Virus record (IMG/VR): IMGVR_UViG_3300048796_000029
Span: 8,326-72,325 of that record
Reading direction: 5' to 3' (one strand)
Source of the DNA: a virus
Taxonomy: Duplodnaviria; Caudoviricetes
DNA: 64,000 nt
Of the stretch, positions 7,327-17,114 are shown in pieces. The notes beneath the pieces were generated by a model that was given only the letters and a program-made list of their open reading frames with translations, searched no databases and was not told where the DNA came from. A program made the translations under genes and the position numbers. Within the stretch, counting starts at the first letter, position 1, and each line of letters starts with the position of its first letter.

Positions 7327-8499
7327 ATGGCATCATATCCTGCTGCAACCACGGGTCTCGGTGTAGCCGCAAACATTTTGGTTCAGGGCAACATTCATCC
7401 GGGTAACCCTAACCCCGGATACAATGAAGTGTTCCTGTCCCTTGCGGGCACCGATGGGCCTACGACTTTTCAACTCAACCCCGCAGTTGTTGACGTAGCT
7501 GGGACGCCTGTACCTGCGGGTACGGTGTACGTTCTGTCTGCCGTCGCAGCTTCTACTATCGGCGTTCTCACTCTCACAGGTGTAGCAGCCGCGTCAGCGG
7601 GTGTGGCGGCTTACGCAGGTACGTTCTCTGGCGGCGGCAGCAATGCTTATGTCGGTGACACGTTCACCGTGGCAGGCTTCACCAATCCTCTGAACAATGG
7701 ATCGTTCATCTGTACCGCTTCTACCACGTCGGCTCTGACACTGGAGAACCCGCTGGCAGTCGCTCAGACTCAGGCTGCTACGGCAACCCCTGAGCAGGGC
7801 ACGGCTGTTTACACCGGCACGTTCACCGGAGCTACCACGGGTAGCCTCGTTGGACAGACGCTCAATGTGGCTGGATTCGTGGCTGCCAACAACAACGGAT
7901 CGTTCCTCGTCACCGCGAATAGCGGTGCGACCACGGTCACGCTGACCAACCCCGTTGCCACCGCAGTTACGGCGGCAGGCACGGCGACCGCAGAGGAACC
8001 CGGAACGGAATACGTTTTGTCGGCTGTAGGAAACGCCTCGGCGGGTTCTACTGTCTACACGGGAACCTTCACCGGAGCTACCACTGGTAGTCTCGTTGGG
8101 AAAACCTTCACCGCAACCGGATTTGTGACGGCTGCAAACAACGGCTCGTTCGTCATCACCGCTAACAGCGGCACAACCACCGTCACCGTGAACAATGCGG
8201 CGGGTGTGGCTGTGACGGCGGCTGGGTCTGCATTTATCACCAGTGGGCTTGACGATCAGTTGACCTACGTGGCTTATGGCGCACGGAACGTCTCGGCGAC
8301 TGCACCTACTGGCGCAGTTGTTGCGACAGTATCGGCGAGTGGTCTCATCACCGCCGTGACCACGGGTCGCACCACCGTTGAAACGTCCTTTCCTACCTTC
8401 AACAACACCATCGGAGACATTGTGTCCCCCGGCAACATCATGAACGGGCTTCCCGTCAACAAGGTGTACTCGGAGACCAAAGTTACCGTAGGCCCGTAA
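7327..8499 (+). CDS. Virion decoration/structural protein with three internal repeats and a C-terminal Ig-like segment
   Basis: Three ~70-aa repeats (VYTGTFTGATTGSLVG..VAGFVxANNNGSFxxTA); ATVSASGLITAVTTG resembles Big_2. Confidence 0.55.
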   Translation: MASYPAATTGLGVAANILVQGNIHPGNPNPGYNEVFLSLAGTDGPTTFQLNPAVVDVAGTPVPAGTVYVLSAVAASTIGVLTLTGVAAASAGVAAYAGTFSGGGSNAYVGDTFTVAGFTNPLNNGSFICTASTTSALTLENPLAVAQTQAATATPEQGTAVYTGTFTGATTGSLVGQTLNVAGFVAANNNGSFLVTANSGATTVTLTNPVATAVTAAGTATAEEPGTEYVLSAVGNASAGSTVYTGTFTGATTGSLVGKTFTATGFVTAANNGSFVITANSGTTTVTVNNAAGVAVTAAGSAFITSGLDDQLTYVAYGARNVSATAPTGAVVATVSASGLITAVTTGRTTVETSFPTFNNTIGDIVSPGNIMNGLPVNKVYSETKVTVGP

Positions 8500-8566
8500 C
8501 AAGAACTAAAGTGGGTGGGGCGTCCTAGTGGCGCTCCGCCTTCTGCTTTGAGCGTGGAGGCGCAAA

Positions 8567-8893
8567 ATGAGCACACCGAATTTTGAAGAAGAAGAAGAGC
8601 GAAGTATACGCGCAAACAATCGCGTGTTGCGCATTTCCAATAGAAAGATCAGAGAGCGCGAACGCGAAGAGCGCGAACGCGCGGACGCACTTTACTACGC
8701 ACTGCTTGAGGCAGACGGTAGTCGAGATGCAGCAATCGAGGCATTCGGGAAACTCTGGGGGAGCGGTGAGTTCGATTGTGGCCCAGAGGACGTGGAACTT
8801 ATCGTCGAGGAGTGCCTGACAGCCGTCAGGATGCTCAAAGCCGCACGAACCCAGCCCGCTGCGCAAGTTTCATGTGAGCCGAACGAAGCCTGA
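8567..8893 (+). CDS. Hypothetical protein
   Basis: GGAGG RBS; charged 108-aa ORF. Confidence 0.45.
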   Translation: MSTPNFEEEEERSIRANNRVLRISNRKIREREREERERADALYYALLEADGSRDAAIEAFGKLWGSGEFDCGPEDVELIVEECLTAVRMLKAARTQPAAQVSCEPNEA

Positions 8894-9042
8894 AGGGTGG
8901 ATTACCCAACAGGCATAAACCGGGCGTTGCTCACGTCAGCATCCACGCGGTCGGCCAACCGAGTGTGAAGCTACTCCACCCACTGAGCGTCATGAACTTC
9001 AGCGGACTGGAGATTCTTTTTGGCACAAGCTGGAGGGCTTGA

Positions 9043-9687
9043 ATGGAGCAAGTAAAAGTTACAGGCACGAACCAAAACAGGGAAGTCAACCCGTGGGATT
9101 CCTACGGTGCAGAGATGGAGACCGTCCTCTCACCTGAGATGGCTGCCGCAGTCGCGGAATACGCGGAGCGCCAGTACGACTACGATTCAACAAGCAACCA
9201 GAACAAAGAGGCACTCGCTGAACAGAAAGAGTACAGCGACGAGGTAGCAAAGCAGTACCAGTGGATCAAGCCGGAAGAGTACGCAGACTTTGAACAGCGC
9301 ATCGGGCGCGTCGTGAGTCACGCGGAGTTTATCACACTTCTGCGTAAGGCCCACGTCATCTGCCACTATCGTCAGCATCCGCATGAAGACAAGGCCGTGC
9401 TCTACGTGAGCAAGGATGTCAACTCGGAAGCGGAGAAGGCGTGTTGGGTACAAGTAGGGCAGATGCCCGAACTATCCATCATGAACTTCGACGATCACGG
9501 CGCACCGCTTGCGGAACGTCGGCGGGGCTGGCGCACATGCCTGCTGCAACTCATACTCACCGGAAGGATCAGTGAGGCGATGGCGAACATCACGTTCGGC
9601 AGGCCGAAGCGGACCGAGGCGTATGCGCGGTACAACAAGACACTGCTGGCGTTCAGGAACGCGGGCAACAGTCTGCAACTGGATTAG
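9043..9687 (+). CDS. Hypothetical protein (morphogenesis region)
   Basis: 214-aa ORF with GGAGG RBS. Confidence 0.65.
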   Translation: MEQVKVTGTNQNREVNPWDSYGAEMETVLSPEMAAAVAEYAERQYDYDSTSNQNKEALAEQKEYSDEVAKQYQWIKPEEYADFEQRIGRVVSHAEFITLLRKAHVICHYRQHPHEDKAVLYVSKDVNSEAEKACWVQVGQMPELSIMNFDDHGAPLAERRRGWRTCLLQLILTGRISEAMANITFGRPKRTEAYARYNKTLLAFRNAGNSLQLD

Positions 9688-9718
9688 TTACAAACCCTAA
9701 AGGAGGGGGTAGGAAAGC

Positions 9719-10369
9719 ATGAGTGAAGTTGAGAACCTTTTGAGCGGAGCGCCCGCAGCAACAGCGCCCGCCGCAGCAGCAAAAGCAAAGGTACCAGAGA
9801 AGACCAAGGCGGAATTACTCGCTGAAGAGACCGCAGCCATCGCGCTCGAAAACGCGAAGATGGATCGTGAGTTCAAGCTCCTCGAACTTGAAGAGAAGCG
9901 TCTGACCGTGGAAGCGGCCAAGGCCAACCTTCAGGACACCCGTGAGCGTCTCGATGAGCGCCAGTTGAAGCGCGGCGTACTTGCCTCGCGTAGCAAGACG
10001 AACGGTGCGACCATATCTGCACTCGCGGCCAACGCGAAGAAAGTGCAGAATCGTTGCAACCACAAGAAGGGCGGCAACGGCATCCCCGGATACGTTGGCG
10101 GTCAGGGCAATGACTCGAACTACGCAGTCATGAAGCACACGATGTGCTGGGGCGATACATGGATTCGGTGTATGCGCTGCGGTAAGACATGGAAGCCCCC
10201 AGTCGAGAAGTTCTTTGACTCGAAGGAAGAGTATATCAAGGAGTTCGCAGAGTATCAGGCGGCCTTGAATTACCAGACCAACAACAGCGGATCAAGCTCG
10301 TATCAGTTCCGGTACTCCGACAACGGCGCATTTGCCCGCGAAGTCATGCAGCCGTCAACGCTTCGATAA
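9719..10369 (+). CDS. Hypothetical coiled-coil protein with C/H metal-binding motif
   Basis: Coiled-coil N-terminal half; CNHKKGG...CMRCGK. Confidence 0.65.
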   Translation: MSEVENLLSGAPAATAPAAAAKAKVPEKTKAELLAEETAAIALENAKMDREFKLLELEEKRLTVEAAKANLQDTRERLDERQLKRGVLASRSKTNGATISALAANAKKVQNRCNHKKGGNGIPGYVGGQGNDSNYAVMKHTMCWGDTWIRCMRCGKTWKPPVEKFFDSKEEYIKEFAEYQAALNYQTNNSGSSSYQFRYSDNGAFAREVMQPSTLR

Positions 10370-10374
10370 ACACC

Positions 10375-10411
10375 ACAGGGTAGTCCTTCGCGGGACTACC
10401 CTGTCTTTTTT
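10375..10411 (+). terminator. Intrinsic terminator
   Basis: 12-bp stem ACAGGGTAGTCC/GGACTACCCTGT followed by CTTTTTT. Confidence 0.8.
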
Positions 10412-10427
10412 GCATAAAGGGGACCTC

Positions 10428-11543
10428 ATGGCTAACAGTTCAATCACCCTACAAAACGTAATCGACGACGCGAACAGTTTGGGTGACGTAGCCCCAGCAC
10501 TCGCCACTGGCGGTTTCTCTGATGCGCCCGCACTGTCCATCGCCAACGATGTGATGCAGGCTATCATCAACGGCGGCCCGAACGCGCAACCTTATAATTG
10601 GAAATTCAATTCCTTCAATGTTGCACCCTTTTGCACCATCAGCTACCAGTCGGACTACTTCGTGCCCGGCCTCATCAACCTCGGATGGATCGAGAACGCT
10701 TGGGCCGTGAATATCAATCAGACCTCGGTGCCAAAGCAGAAGCAGTACCTCGAAGCGAAGAAGAACCTTCAGGTCACCTACGACCAGACCGGATACCCCG
10801 GAAAGATTTGCTGGATGCAGAACAGTAACCTGTTGACCGGAACATGGGGGCAAGCTCCTCTTGGGCCGACAGCAGGCAACCCGAACGGCAACATCAACGG
10901 ACTCGGCCCCGGCCTAACAGGGCAGCAGAACCCCGGCCCGAACGTGATCTATACGAACCCCATCGGCATCCTCAACCAGCCGACCAACGCGAGTACCTGC
11001 ATCAAAGACCCGAACGGGAACCTGTGGGCGCTCACGACGTACGGCACATGCGGCGCAACTCAACCGTCGTGGCCTACCAACCCGGTATTCCCCACCCTCA
11101 CCGCGCCGACCACTGTTGCCACCACAGTGACCGATGGCAGCGTTGTGTGGACTGCTATCAACCCGGCAGGGCAGGGCTTCCGCCTGAACCCCATTCCGCC
11201 ATCTAACGGCGTCGTGTGGGTCATCACAGTTGTTGCGCAGATGCGGGCCAATCGCTTTGCCAACGTCGCGCAAACGCTCGAACCCATCCCCGACGATTAC
11301 GAGTGGGCATTCAAGCAGGGCTTCTTTGCGCAGTGCTATCGGCGCAACCCTGATCCGAAAATTCGTGCGAAGTTCACGATGGAGCAGCAGCTTTGGCTCA
11401 AGTCGCTCGACGACGCTGTACGTCAAGCAGACCGTGAGGAAGACGACTTCGGGTTCTACCCCGGCAGTAGTGTGATGGAAAGCGGCATCGGCGTCAACCC
11501 GATCAACCCTGCGTATCCGTTCGGCGCATGGAACGGCAACTAA
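10428..11543 (+). CDS. Putative head-tail adaptor protein
   Basis: P22 gp4/T7 gp11-like layout (helical N-terminus, WxFN, RLxPxP, xPIPDDY); ATG 10428 follows AAGGGG. Confidence 0.5.
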   Translation: MANSSITLQNVIDDANSLGDVAPALATGGFSDAPALSIANDVMQAIINGGPNAQPYNWKFNSFNVAPFCTISYQSDYFVPGLINLGWIENAWAVNINQTSVPKQKQYLEAKKNLQVTYDQTGYPGKICWMQNSNLLTGTWGQAPLGPTAGNPNGNINGLGPGLTGQQNPGPNVIYTNPIGILNQPTNASTCIKDPNGNLWALTTYGTCGATQPSWPTNPVFPTLTAPTTVATTVTDGSVVWTAINPAGQGFRLNPIPPSNGVVWVITVVAQMRANRFANVAQTLEPIPDDYEWAFKQGFFAQCYRRNPDPKIRAKFTMEQQLWLKSLDDAVRQADREEDDFGFYPGSSVMESGIGVNPINPAYPFGAWNGN

Positions 11544-11552
11544 GGAGATCGC

Positions 11553-12476
11553 ATGGCATCGACAAGCACCAACACTTTGCTGGGTACTCAAACCTTCGCA
11601 GAGAAGCTCAACTTCGGACGCCGCGCAAACCTCGGCAACTCTTTGGAACCTGCCATCACCTGTGCGAACATGGTGATGCAGGCCATCCTTGGGCCGCCGT
11701 TCCGCTGGCGCTGGAACCGAGTCATCACAGGGTTCTATACCGTAGCCAACCAGCAGGACTACACCCTCTTCAACTACGTCGCATCGACGCCGGTCAAGCT
11801 CGGATGGTTCACCGTAGACGACGCTGGCTACGCGCAGAAATGCACTACAGCGGGCAGCACGGGCGCTTCGGCACCAAGCTGGAACCACACTCCTACCGGA
11901 ACCACTACGGACGGCGGCGTCACATGGACGAACGCTGGACTCGTTGATCCCGAAGCTGTAGGATCGTACACCTTCGGGTGGATCGAGAACGCGTCCGTCA
12001 AGGACACGTCCACTGTGAAGTGGATGCCGATGACTCCGATGATTGGCTTGGGACTGGACACCACATCTGGACGCCCCGGCAACATCTCAGCGCAGATCGA
12101 CGACGGCCAAGGAAACATCACCTTCCGGCTGATGCCGGTTCCTACAGTGGCCGCCCCTGTGAGCATAACGCTTCAGGAGAAGCCCGGTGTGTTCTCGGCG
12201 ACTAGCACCGCAGGCATCAATCAAACATGGGCACCGATCCCCGACGAGTATGCACATCTTTACAACTGGGGATTCCTAAGTCTGATGTGGCTGTTCTCTG
12301 ACGACCCTCGGTTCCCTACGGCCAACGCTAAGTTCGTGTCGGCTCTACTTTCCGCAAACCACGGATTGACGGAGACAGAACGCAACAACTGGCTGAACAA
12401 CTGGATGGCTCTCACCGGCCAGCCGATTGATAATCAGATCAAGTTGACGCAGGCCAACCAAGCAAGGGGGTCGTAA
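11553..12476 (+). CDS. Second adaptor-like paralog
   Basis: Same architecture as the preceding gene (WRWNR, FRLMPVP, WAPIPDEY). Confidence 0.5.
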   Translation: MASTSTNTLLGTQTFAEKLNFGRRANLGNSLEPAITCANMVMQAILGPPFRWRWNRVITGFYTVANQQDYTLFNYVASTPVKLGWFTVDDAGYAQKCTTAGSTGASAPSWNHTPTGTTTDGGVTWTNAGLVDPEAVGSYTFGWIENASVKDTSTVKWMPMTPMIGLGLDTTSGRPGNISAQIDDGQGNITFRLMPVPTVAAPVSITLQEKPGVFSATSTAGINQTWAPIPDEYAHLYNWGFLSLMWLFSDDPRFPTANAKFVSALLSANHGLTETERNNWLNNWMALTGQPIDNQIKLTQANQARGS

Positions 12477-13058
12477 ATGCAGGTTCCTTTTCCAATTACG
12501 ACCTATACGGACATTGAAGGACGCCCTCTTGTCAACGGTTACCTTTTGATTCAGCTTAGTCAAGACGCTTATGTTTCCCCTACAACTGTTTTGTGTAGCT
12601 TGTCTACAGTGAAGGTTCTACTAAATGACTTAGGTGTTATAACAGGTGACTATGAGTTTTGGCCAAACAGTGAGCTTACACCGCCAAACACCTACTATAC
12701 CCTTCGGGCTTACTCTTCTGCCGGTCAGTTAGTATTAGGGCCGCTTTATGTGACTGTGAGCGGTATTATTGTATCTTCTTTGGTTTTGATAGATACAGTA
12801 TCAGGTAGTCCATACACGGTTTTTATTGCCAACGGACAGCTTATGGTTGCCGCTGGCGGTACAGGTGGGGTAGACAGTTTGGTGCTTATCGACACAGCAA
12901 CTACAGATTTGTTTTCTTTAGTGGTAACTTCAGGAAACTTGACTCTAAATTCTGGAGGCTCAGGTGGAGTTACGGCTGTAGATTTCATAGACACTATAAC
13001 CAGTCTTGAATACAGTTTAGTAGTCACTAACGGTAATATGGTTGTGACGGAAGTTTAG
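12477..13058 (+). CDS. Hypothetical tail-associated protein with triple C-terminal repeat
   Basis: Three copies of an SLVLIDTx..Y/FSLVVTxGxL unit; visibly lower GC than neighbours. Confidence 0.6.
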   Translation: MQVPFPITTYTDIEGRPLVNGYLLIQLSQDAYVSPTTVLCSLSTVKVLLNDLGVITGDYEFWPNSELTPPNTYYTLRAYSSAGQLVLGPLYVTVSGIIVSSLVLIDTVSGSPYTVFIANGQLMVAAGGTGGVDSLVLIDTATTDLFSLVVTSGNLTLNSGGSGGVTAVDFIDTITSLEYSLVVTNGNMVVTEV

Positions 13059-13066
13059 GAGAAAAA

Positions 13067-16000
13067 ATGTTCAATATAAAGAGTAAGGTACTTAGCGCAG
13101 TGGTACTTGTACTGCTTGCGGCCCCTGCCTTTGTGATGCCTAGCGTGGCGTCGGCTCAGGGCACGGTTGTGTATACTACTAACCCCGTGATTGTGTACGG
13201 AATAAAATTCAAGGGAACTTATGGTTTTGGAACCACCTATAACTTGAACGATCTTGTAGTTTCCAGTGGCAATAGTTATGTGTCACTCATCAACAGTAAT
13301 ATAGGAAACACTCCGGCATCTTCACCTAGTGATTGGCAGGCTGTTACATCTGTGTCGAGCGGTGTGTCGAGCTTCAATACTCGTACAGGAGCGGTTACTC
13401 TAACTGCGTCTGATGTTGATGCCGTAGGCGCTATCACGAACAGCACCAGCGGTAACGCGGCTACGGCTACGGCGCTGGCGGCTACCCCTACACTCTGTTC
13501 GACCGGGAACGCTCCCACAGGTGTCCTCGCCAACGGAAATGCTACGGGATGCGCGGCAATTGGCGGCGGTTCCGGCACAGTAACCGCGGTTTCAGTCACC
13601 ACAGTAAACGGCGTGTCTGGCACGGTGGCGAACCCCACTACGACTCCGGCGATCAGCCTGACGTTGGGTGCAATCACGCCTTCATCTGTCCAGACGACTG
13701 GCCCTAATCCAATGGGCGGAACGGCGGGACTCAACGGCCTTGGTGCGGGCACGTTTGGCTCCTCAGCCATTCCTGCAGGCGTGTCGCAGGTTGCGCCTAC
13801 CTCAGTGCCGACAGCGTATGCCGAGGTGCTTCCGTCTGCTGTTCCCACGAGTGGTCAGGTGCGGACGGTAACGGCGGTCAATTCGGTGACGGGTGGGAGT
13901 CAGGTGGTGGAAGGATGGGCTACGCCGAGTGGTGGTTCTGCCATCACAGCCCTAACAGGCGACGTGACAGCATCGGGGCCGGGAAGCGCGGCAGCAACGT
14001 TGGCAACGGTCAACGGATCGCCGGGAAGCTGCGGGGACTCTACGCATGTTTGTCAGGTGACGACGAACGGCAAGGGGTTGACGACAGCGCAGACGGCGGT
14101 GGCGATTGCGGGTGGTGCCGGGGCACTCACTGCGAACGTCCTCAATAGCGACGTAGGCACATCGAACTTCATCGCCACCGGGCCTTCTGAGGGGCTTATC
14201 CTCCACGGCGGCTACCCTGAGAAATTGGCTACAAATCTCGGTATTCCGTCAGGCAATTGGAATATCAATGTGCTGGGATCGGGCAGCGAGCCGGACTGGT
14301 TCTCCTGCTCCAATTCTCTCTGCTCTCCAGCGGGAGCGGTCTATCAGAATGGAACTTGGCCGCTGACGTTTCCGTTGGGTGTGACCGCGCTGACCAAGAC
14401 GCTAATCTTCGGCGGATTCAACTCAGTTAGTGCATGGTCTGGCTCACCGACGACAGCACAACTCGACTACTTTCGGGGCCACTGGCTTGCATGGTCGATC
14501 CTCTACGGAGTTCCTGATTCGCTGAAGTATACGGCCTCAGCCAACTGCACCACGACAGGCACTTGGGCGTCTGCGGGTGCTGGATTCCCTTCGGGATCAT
14601 TGACGAATACCAGCGGGTCAGGAACCTTGACCTGCACTAACTTCAACGCCAACGATGCAGGCATAATTTTTGTCAAGAAGGTGAGCGATACTGCTACATT
14701 CACACTCTCCGTCAACGGGACTCCGGTACTTGACCCATCAACGGCGAGTGCGACGATTCCGACTTCCGCACCCTACACCGGGTCACTGGGAGGCACAAGC
14801 GACCTCTACGCGCTTGGCACAGGCAACACTCTGCCCGGTGGGTTGGCTACTATCGTCCTTACCGTGACAGCCTCAAGCGGCGGCAATGCAATAACAGTGG
14901 TGGCTCCGTTTGGGCTCACTCCTTTGTCGGACATTACGAACTCGCCGCCCGTGCTAATTGGGTTGGCTCCGTACCAGTGCAACAATGGCGTCTCGGCTGG
15001 TTCTTGTTCTCCGGCTGCAAACCATTCCGACGCTCAGATCAATCAGGCGCGAGTCCAGCAACAGGCGGTAGTGAAGGAACTCCGGGGCTTGCTCAACGTC
15101 GGAATCTTCGACATGAACGCGGCGACGAACGGAGTCAATCCGAACTCGATCACCGATATGGGTTCGGTTGTCCAGTACACCGTGACGGCGGGCGGCACAG
15201 GATTCGGGACTCCGGTGGTCACATTCAACACCACGAATTGCACGATTGCACCGACCGCGACAGGAGCGAACCTGCCCACGGTTTCGGGCGGATCGTTGGT
15301 TGCCTCGACCTACTACGTGACAACAAACGGAGCTTGCACTGGGACGCCGGGAGTCACCATAACAGGCGGGAGCGGAGCTACAGCGACGGCGGCCTACTCG
15401 CAGGACTTCGTTCACCCGAATTACATCTCTGGGCCGAAGGCTGCGTTGCTTGCACAGAACGCATTGAACTCCGCGCCTACGCTTGCGGACAAATACAACT
15501 ACTCTCCCACCGCAGCGGCCACGACTCCGGGCGGGGCCAGTGGGTCGATTCAATACAATAACGGTGGGGCGTTCGGCGGTAGTTCGGCTACTGTGGACGC
15601 GCCGGGAAATGTCGTATTGAAAACTTTGGGGCTGCTATCAACAACCGCACCCACATCGCGGGCCAACCCAATATTCAATCTCAGTTTGGCAAACTCCGTC
15701 TATCCATCAATCGTCCAGAATACGGACGGTTCTACTTATACCTTTGGCTATGGGCAACTGAGTTTGCAACTTTTCGTTACGATGGACGGATTTACCGCGC
15801 ACAACCAGTATGCCATGTACCTAAATGGCATCCCAAATAGTCCCAGTTCCCCTTCCAACTCGACACAAGTATTCTCCCCAGACGGCATAATCCAAGGCAA
15901 TGGGGAGGTGTATGGCTGGAATGTCAACGCAGGGGCGTGGACGGGAACGGGCGGCGGCGCACTCAGTGCTCAGATGGACACGGGGCTGTCTAGAGCCTCT

Positions 16001-16660
16001 GCTGGCGTCATAGTTGCGGGCAACGGTACACCGGGCGATCATAGCGGAACCTTCACTGCAGATAACCACATCGCCGGAGTTGCGTATTTACTCTCTCCTA
16101 CTGGCAAGATCGAGTGGAACGCCGGTGATACCACACTCTCTCGCGCATCCGCTGGAGTTGTCTCCCTTGATACAAATACATCGGGCAACGGGCTTGGCTC
16201 CCTACTCCTTGCTAACGTCACCGACTCTGCCCTCACCTCTGGCAACTGCGTACAGGCAGGTACGGCGGGAATCCTTGCCAATGCCGGTCAACCATGTGTC
16301 ACGCGTACACCCCATTATTGGAGTATTCAGCCTACGCTTTTCGCCACATCTACGATGCTTGGGCCTGCATACATAGCAGATACAACCAGCGGGAGCGCGT
16401 TTTTCTTTGTAGCGCGACTTTCTGGCACTATTTCATGCACAGTTGCCCCATCCGTAAGCATCATGGATTTGGGAACATCGCCCACTACTGTATTCGGGAG
16501 TGCGACGACCGCATTCACTCAAGGTACGGGAACCTCGGATGGGGTCTTCTTTACTAATAGTCCAACCGGAACCATTGTGGCTGGGCACTACTATGGATTG
16601 GCCTTTAGCGCGGGAACCTGCGTTACAGCACCAACTATCGACGTGACACTCAACTGGTAA
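13067..16660 (+). CDS. Tail fibre/spike-like protein (1197 aa) with N-terminal signal-peptide-like sequence
   Basis: CBM-like YNLNDLV..GNSY..NxGNTP..DW, GVSSFNTRTGAVTL and ITALTGDV fibre motifs, DFVHPN (SGNH-like). Confidence 0.6.
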   Translation: MFNIKSKVLSAVVLVLLAAPAFVMPSVASAQGTVVYTTNPVIVYGIKFKGTYGFGTTYNLNDLVVSSGNSYVSLINSNIGNTPASSPSDWQAVTSVSSGVSSFNTRTGAVTLTASDVDAVGAITNSTSGNAATATALAATPTLCSTGNAPTGVLANGNATGCAAIGGGSGTVTAVSVTTVNGVSGTVANPTTTPAISLTLGAITPSSVQTTGPNPMGGTAGLNGLGAGTFGSSAIPAGVSQVAPTSVPTAYAEVLPSAVPTSGQVRTVTAVNSVTGGSQVVEGWATPSGGSAITALTGDVTASGPGSAAATLATVNGSPGSCGDSTHVCQVTTNGKGLTTAQTAVAIAGGAGALTANVLNSDVGTSNFIATGPSEGLILHGGYPEKLATNLGIPSGNWNINVLGSGSEPDWFSCSNSLCSPAGAVYQNGTWPLTFPLGVTALTKTLIFGGFNSVSAWSGSPTTAQLDYFRGHWLAWSILYGVPDSLKYTASANCTTTGTWASAGAGFPSGSLTNTSGSGTLTCTNFNANDAGIIFVKKVSDTATFTLSVNGTPVLDPSTASATIPTSAPYTGSLGGTSDLYALGTGNTLPGGLATIVLTVTASSGGNAITVVAPFGLTPLSDITNSPPVLIGLAPYQCNNGVSAGSCSPAANHSDAQINQARVQQQAVVKELRGLLNVGIFDMNAATNGVNPNSITDMGSVVQYTVTAGGTGFGTPVVTFNTTNCTIAPTATGANLPTVSGGSLVASTYYVTTNGACTGTPGVTITGGSGATATAAYSQDFVHPNYISGPKAALLAQNALNSAPTLADKYNYSPTAAATTPGGASGSIQYNNGGAFGGSSATVDAPGNVVLKTLGLLSTTAPTSRANPIFNLSLANSVYPSIVQNTDGSTYTFGYGQLSLQLFVTMDGFTAHNQYAMYLNGIPNSPSSPSNSTQVFSPDGIIQGNGEVYGWNVNAGAWTGTGGGALSAQMDTGLSRASAGVIVAGNGTPGDHSGTFTADNHIAGVAYLLSPTGKIEWNAGDTTLSRASAGVVSLDTNTSGNGLGSLLLANVTDSALTSGNCVQAGTAGILANAGQPCVTRTPHYWSIQPTLFATSTMLGPAYIADTTSGSAFFFVARLSGTISCTVAPSVSIMDLGTSPTTVFGSATTAFTQGTGTSDGVFFTNSPTGTIVAGHYYGLAFSAGTCVTAPTIDVTLNW

Positions 16661-16669
16661 GGAGCCATC

Positions 16670-16846
16670 ATGCAACTCGACAATTACCGCATCTATCAAG
16701 TCGCCACCGGCCAACTGCTCTCTCCCTTCATGTCTAAGCATGAGGCGGAACAGGTCAGGCGCGGATTCCGTGCCACGACGGCGGGAACCTCTAATCATGA
16801 GTTTCCTCCCTCGTGGCCGGGAAGCTCGGGGAGGGAAAGGAAATAA
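16670..16846 (+). CDS. Small hypothetical protein (58 aa)
   Basis: AAGGAG RBS, ATG 16670, fills the gap between genes. Confidence 0.4.
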   Translation: MQLDNYRIYQVATGQLLSPFMSKHEAEQVRRGFRATTAGTSNHEFPPSWPGSSGRERK

Positions 16847-16849
16847 AAT

Positions 16850-17107
16850 ATGAAGTTTGATTTTTTTAGGTCTGCGTTTAGTGAGCCAGATGGTACAGGC
16901 TCTTCTACTCGTTTGATAATTGCGTGCCTTGTTAGCTTTGTGGTCGGCTCTGGGGTCTCAATGGTCACACACATTCATGGCCCTATTTCAGTTCAGGATT
17001 TCAATTCTTTTTTGAGTTCAGCGGGAGTTTTTCTTGCGACCACTTGTGGCCCTTTGTATCTTATAAATAAAGGTTCTGCGGTTATGAATCAAGAAAAGAA
17101 GGGATAG
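16850..17107 (+). CDS. Putative holin-like membrane protein
   Basis: 85 aa, two hydrophobic helices after SEPDGTGSSTR. Confidence 0.5.
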   Translation: MKFDFFRSAFSEPDGTGSSTRLIIACLVSFVVGSGVSMVTHIHGPISVQDFNSFLSSAGVFLATTCGPLYLINKGSAVMNQEKKG

Positions 17108-17114
17108 TAAAAGT

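Noticed and set aside
8895-9040. tRNA or known small self-cleaving ribozyme
   Set aside because: No cloverleaf or T-loop, and no hammerhead, twister or pistol consensus recognised. Kept only as an unassigned structured region.
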